Below are positions 61,507 through 64,000 of a stretch of DNA of 64,000 nucleotides, piece after piece; position 1 is the first letter of the stretch, and each line of letters begins with the position of its first letter. Source of the DNA: a virus (Duplodnaviria > Caudoviricetes); IMG/VR virus record IMGVR_UViG_3300035208_004923, positions 192,001 through 256,000 of that record. One strand, written 5' to 3'. The translations under genes were made by a program, and so were the position numbers. The notes beneath the pieces are model-generated. The model was not told the origin of the DNA. It searched no databases and saw only the letters and a list, made by a program, of their open reading frames with translations.

Positions 61507-61710
61507 ATGAAAAAAGCTCAAGCATTCTCAATATCAGAAGAAACAATTAAAAAACTTAACATCGTGTCAAAGGCGATGGGTTTTAATAAGTCGGCCATTG
61601 TCGAATCTCAAATAATAAAATTTATTAAACAGATTGAGAATGGGATGTATGATGGCTGTGAAAACTTATCAGAACAAATAAAAGAATTATATGAAAAAGA
61701 AAATTTGTAA
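61507..61710 (+). CDS. Ribbon-helix-helix (Arc/CopG-like) protein
   Basis: MKKAQAFSISEETIKKLNIVSKAMGFNKSAIVE. Confidence 0.7.
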   Translation: MKKAQAFSISEETIKKLNIVSKAMGFNKSAIVESQIIKFIKQIENGMYDGCENLSEQIKELYEKENL

Positions 61711-62524
61711 ATTTTGCGGCAATGAATTTATGTCAAGACATGATAATCATATGTTTTGTACGAGGTCGTGTTCCATGAATTATAGACACCAGGATCCTAC
61801 ATATACGCAGAACATAAAAGAAAAAGTCACGGTAACAAAAAACACACCCGAGTTTAAAAAAGAGCAAAGTGTCAGGTCGTCTAAACAAATAGCTGAATTG
61901 AAAATAAATAACCCTATAAGATTTCAAATGCAATTAGACAATATGAATAGAGGTTTTAAAGATTGGATATCTATTGATGATAATCGTAAACACTTGTCTG
62001 ATAAAACAACTGAATTTTTTGAAGATCCTGTGAATAGAAAAAATTTATCAAACAAACGCATGGAATATTATGCCGTACCCGGTAATATTGAAAAACAACG
62101 TGTAATAAACAAAGAAATCCAAAACAGACCAGAAGTACGCGAAAAACAACGATCTCATTGGCGAGATGACGAATACGCAGATAAACGATTAAAACAAAGA
62201 TATAAATTTAAAAAGTATGAGATGCCGTCAGGAAGAATCGTACACGTACAAGGGTATGAAAATTTCGCCATTGACCTTTTATTACAACAATATGAGGAAA
62301 ACGATATTGTGGTAGCATGCGACGGTATCTCAAAATTTACTGGCGTTATCGAGTATGAACTTAACGGAACTCATACATATAAACCTGATATTTATATCAA
62401 ATCAAAAAACATGATAATAGAGGTTAAATCTGCTTATACATATAATGCGGCAAAAAAACAAACCCATGCAAAAGCGCAGGCTTGTGTGAATCTTGGATTT
62501 ACTTTTTATCTGATGATATTGTAA
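61691..62524 (+). CDS. Zn-finger + PD-(D/E)xK endonuclease (homing endonuclease-like)
   Basis: CKFC...FCTRSC; QNRPEV; MPSGRIVHVQGYE; HTYKPDIY...IIEVKS. Confidence 0.75.
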   Translation: MKKKICKFCGNEFMSRHDNHMFCTRSCSMNYRHQDPTYTQNIKEKVTVTKNTPEFKKEQSVRSSKQIAELKINNPIRFQMQLDNMNRGFKDWISIDDNRKHLSDKTTEFFEDPVNRKNLSNKRMEYYAVPGNIEKQRVINKEIQNRPEVREKQRSHWRDDEYADKRLKQRYKFKKYEMPSGRIVHVQGYENFAIDLLLQQYEENDIVVACDGISKFTGVIEYELNGTHTYKPDIYIKSKNMIIEVKSAYTYNAAKKQTHAKAQACVNLGFTFYLMIL

Positions 62525-63521
62525 CTTCTTCTATATTTATATTATCCATATAATCTTTTGGGAAATAGCCGTTCTCATAAAGATCTTTAAGATACCCTAT
62601 TAAATCTTCATGGCCTTCATCAAATTTTACCTGTGGCTCCCATCCCAGTGCTTTAGCTTTATCAATATTTGCATAGATTTCAAATGCTTCCCCATTAATT
62701 TCGGGAAGATGGTTTATTTCGTATTTATTGATTTTTAAGCTATTTGCTATACTCTTAATCATCTCATATAAAGAATAACTTTGTCCTGTTCCAAGATTGA
62801 AGACTTCGTTATCTGTTCTACTGTCTTGTATACATTGTATATGAAATCTATTAACATCATCAACATGTATGAAATCTCTACGTCTATTACCGTCTCCAAA
62901 TACTATTGGATTGGCACCGTTTAATAGTCTTATAGCAAACCCGCATGATGCAGGCGGGACTGTTCGTTTCCAATCCTGTAATTTTCCGTAAATATTAAAA
63001 TAGCGTAAACCTGTGTATGTTAATCCTTTTGTTTTGCGATATGATTCTGCTAACAAATGCAAACATGCTTTTGATGTTGCATAAATTGTTCCCGGATTCC
63101 ACTCTGATTCAACATGTGGCAAAATTTTTGAATCTTCATACATTGCAGATGTTTCTGAAAAAATAACTTTTTTCACATTATTTTCAATGCATGCATCAAA
63201 CACATTGATTGAACCCATTATGTTATTTGAAAATGCTTCCATTGGATTTTTATCGCAGTCATAAATTGAAACTAATCCCGCAAAATGAAATACATAATCA
63301 ACATCTTTAAAATGATTTTTAATATCATGATATCTTATGTCATCTTCAATTAATGTTATTTTATCATGAACACCTTCTAGAAAAGTGCCATGCGACATAT
63401 TGTCGATTCCTATAATATTTTCTTTTGGATTGGTTATTACATTTTTAGTAATCAAATCGTTAATTAAATTTGTGCCAACGAATCCACATGCGCCTGTTAT
63501 TAAAATCTTAGGTTCTTTCAT
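62499..63521 (-). CDS. NAD-dependent nucleotide-sugar epimerase/dehydratase (extended SDR)
   Basis: ITGACGFVG, YATSK, LRYFNIYG; start moved from 63629 to the ATG at 63521 (MKEPKILITG), downstream of the promoter. Confidence 0.9.
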   Translation of the reverse strand: MKEPKILITGACGFVGTNLINDLITKNVITNPKENIIGIDNMSHGTFLEGVHDKITLIEDDIRYHDIKNHFKDVDYVFHFAGLVSIYDCDKNPMEAFSNNIMGSINVFDACIENNVKKVIFSETSAMYEDSKILPHVESEWNPGTIYATSKACLHLLAESYRKTKGLTYTGLRYFNIYGKLQDWKRTVPPASCGFAIRLLNGANPIVFGDGNRRRDFIHVDDVNRFHIQCIQDSRTDNEVFNLGTGQSYSLYEMIKSIANSLKINKYEINHLPEINGEAFEIYANIDKAKALGWEPQVKFDEGHEDLIGYLKDLYENGYFPKDYMDNINIEEVTISSDKK

Positions 63522-63545
63522 ATATTTTCTTATTAATATTTTATA

Positions 63546-63573
63546 ATTATATACATTAATGACAAATAGTTTT
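63546..63573 (-). promoter_or_regulatory. Class-2 promoter AAAACT-N13-GTATATAAT
   Basis: Exact consensus. Confidence 0.65.
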
Positions 63574-63646
63574 TTGACGAAATGATTAAAAATATTCACA
63601 ACAAGTTTCCTTTTTTGCTTGTTTGTCAAAAATCACAAACTGATAT

Positions 63647-63657
63647 GAATATATAAA
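63647..63657 (+). promoter_or_regulatory. Late-type promoter GAATATATAAA
   Basis: Exact motif upstream of the ATG at 63673. Confidence 0.6.
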
Positions 63658-63672
63658 TTAAAATTAAGTATT

Positions 63673-64000
63673 ATGAAAGTATATACAACACAAATTATTG
63701 AAAAAATTTATGAAGACTATTACGCAGGTCGTCAATCAAAAATATCAGACATATGCTATAATAAAATGACGGGTTATCGAAAGGCCGGCATTATGTTTTC
63801 TTTTTCGCCACAAGAATTACTTGAATATTCAAAGTGTGCAACAGATCCCATTTATTTTATAGAAAAATATTGTACAGCATCAACAATAAACGGTATTCAA
63901 CATATTTTATTGCGAGATTACCAAAAAGATATTGTAAAGAAATACATTGACTACAGATTTAACGTTGTTATGAATTCTCGACAAACCGGGTTATCAACAA
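63673..64000 (+). CDS. Terminase large subunit-like protein (T4 gp17-like), 5' part, runs off the window
   Basis: Hand translation ...EYSKCATDPIYFIEKYC...LRDYQKDIV...RFNVVMNSRQTGLST. Confidence 0.8.
   Translation, partial: MKVYTTQIIEKIYEDYYAGRQSKISDICYNKMTGYRKAGIMFSFSPQELLEYSKCATDPIYFIEKYCTASTINGIQHILLRDYQKDIVKKYIDYRFNVVMNSRQTGLST

Larger units (their letters stand above)
61423..62966 (+). mobile_element. RHH + endonuclease cassette 2 with putative replacement 3' half of the epimerase
   Basis: Inverted two-gene cassette flanked by two diverged copies of the epimerase 3' half. Confidence 0.55.

Noticed and set aside
61414-62966. Group I intron or intein explaining the interrupted epimerase
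   Set aside because: The upstream gene is already full length, the inserted genes are antisense, and no splicing motifs or structured RNA are evident
63522-63629. 36-aa N-terminal extension of the epimerase in the ORF track
   Set aside because: Spans the gene's own class-2 promoter; the Rossmann motif begins right after the ATG at 63521
1-64000. Stop-codon reassignment as in some Bacteroidota megaphages
   Set aside because: Genes up to 2015 aa are intact in the standard code and tile the window densely; TAG and TGA end genes at sensible points
1-64000. tRNA or rRNA genes
   Set aside because: No cloverleaf or T-loop consensus seen in the few intergenic gaps; not checked computationally

Overview
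This AT-rich window (about 30% GC by eye, standard genetic code) comes from a large T4-superfamily-like (jumbo) myophage. The host is probably in Bacteroidota, inferred from the absence of Shine-Dalgarno sites, A-rich leaders, and Bacteroidota-type exonuclease and lipoprotein genes. Almost all genes lie on the minus strand. Positions 1-42.1 kb hold a virion module: fibres, giant tail/baseplate proteins, and gp6-, gp25-, gp13-, gp5-, gp27- and gp53-like genes. This module is interrupted by a 3'-5' exonuclease, a HAD phosphatase, an amidoligase, an S1-domain (ribosomal protein bS1-like) gene and a cluster of small unrelated proteins sharing the N-terminal tag RIP(T/S)x(D/E)E(F/Y)xxE. Positions 42.3-49.3 kb hold hypothetical genes, including more tagged proteins. 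Positions 50.2-63.5 kb form a nucleotide/glycan modification island: T4 gp42-like dCMP hydroxymethylase, dNMP kinase, MazG-like pyrophosphatase, atypical C5 DNA methyltransferase, NeuB, NeuA-GT fusion, Maf-like transferase, HAD phosphatases, GT2, GT25, an RmlA-like enzyme and an epimerase. Two plus-strand RHH + zinc-finger/PD-(D/E)xK endonuclease cassettes are inserted in this region, one next to a duplicated 3' half of the epimerase. The window ends in the 5' part of a gp17-like terminase. Two promoter classes are visible: GAATATATAAA before virion genes and AAAACT-N13-GTATATAAT before metabolic genes. Main leads: (1) a candidate capsid-targeting-sequence family of internal proteins, (2) a cytosine-modification island coupled to a full nonulosonic-acid pathway, (3) a self-regulated endonuclease cassette that appears to repair the gene it splits. 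All functional calls come from motifs recognised by eye; no database searches were run.
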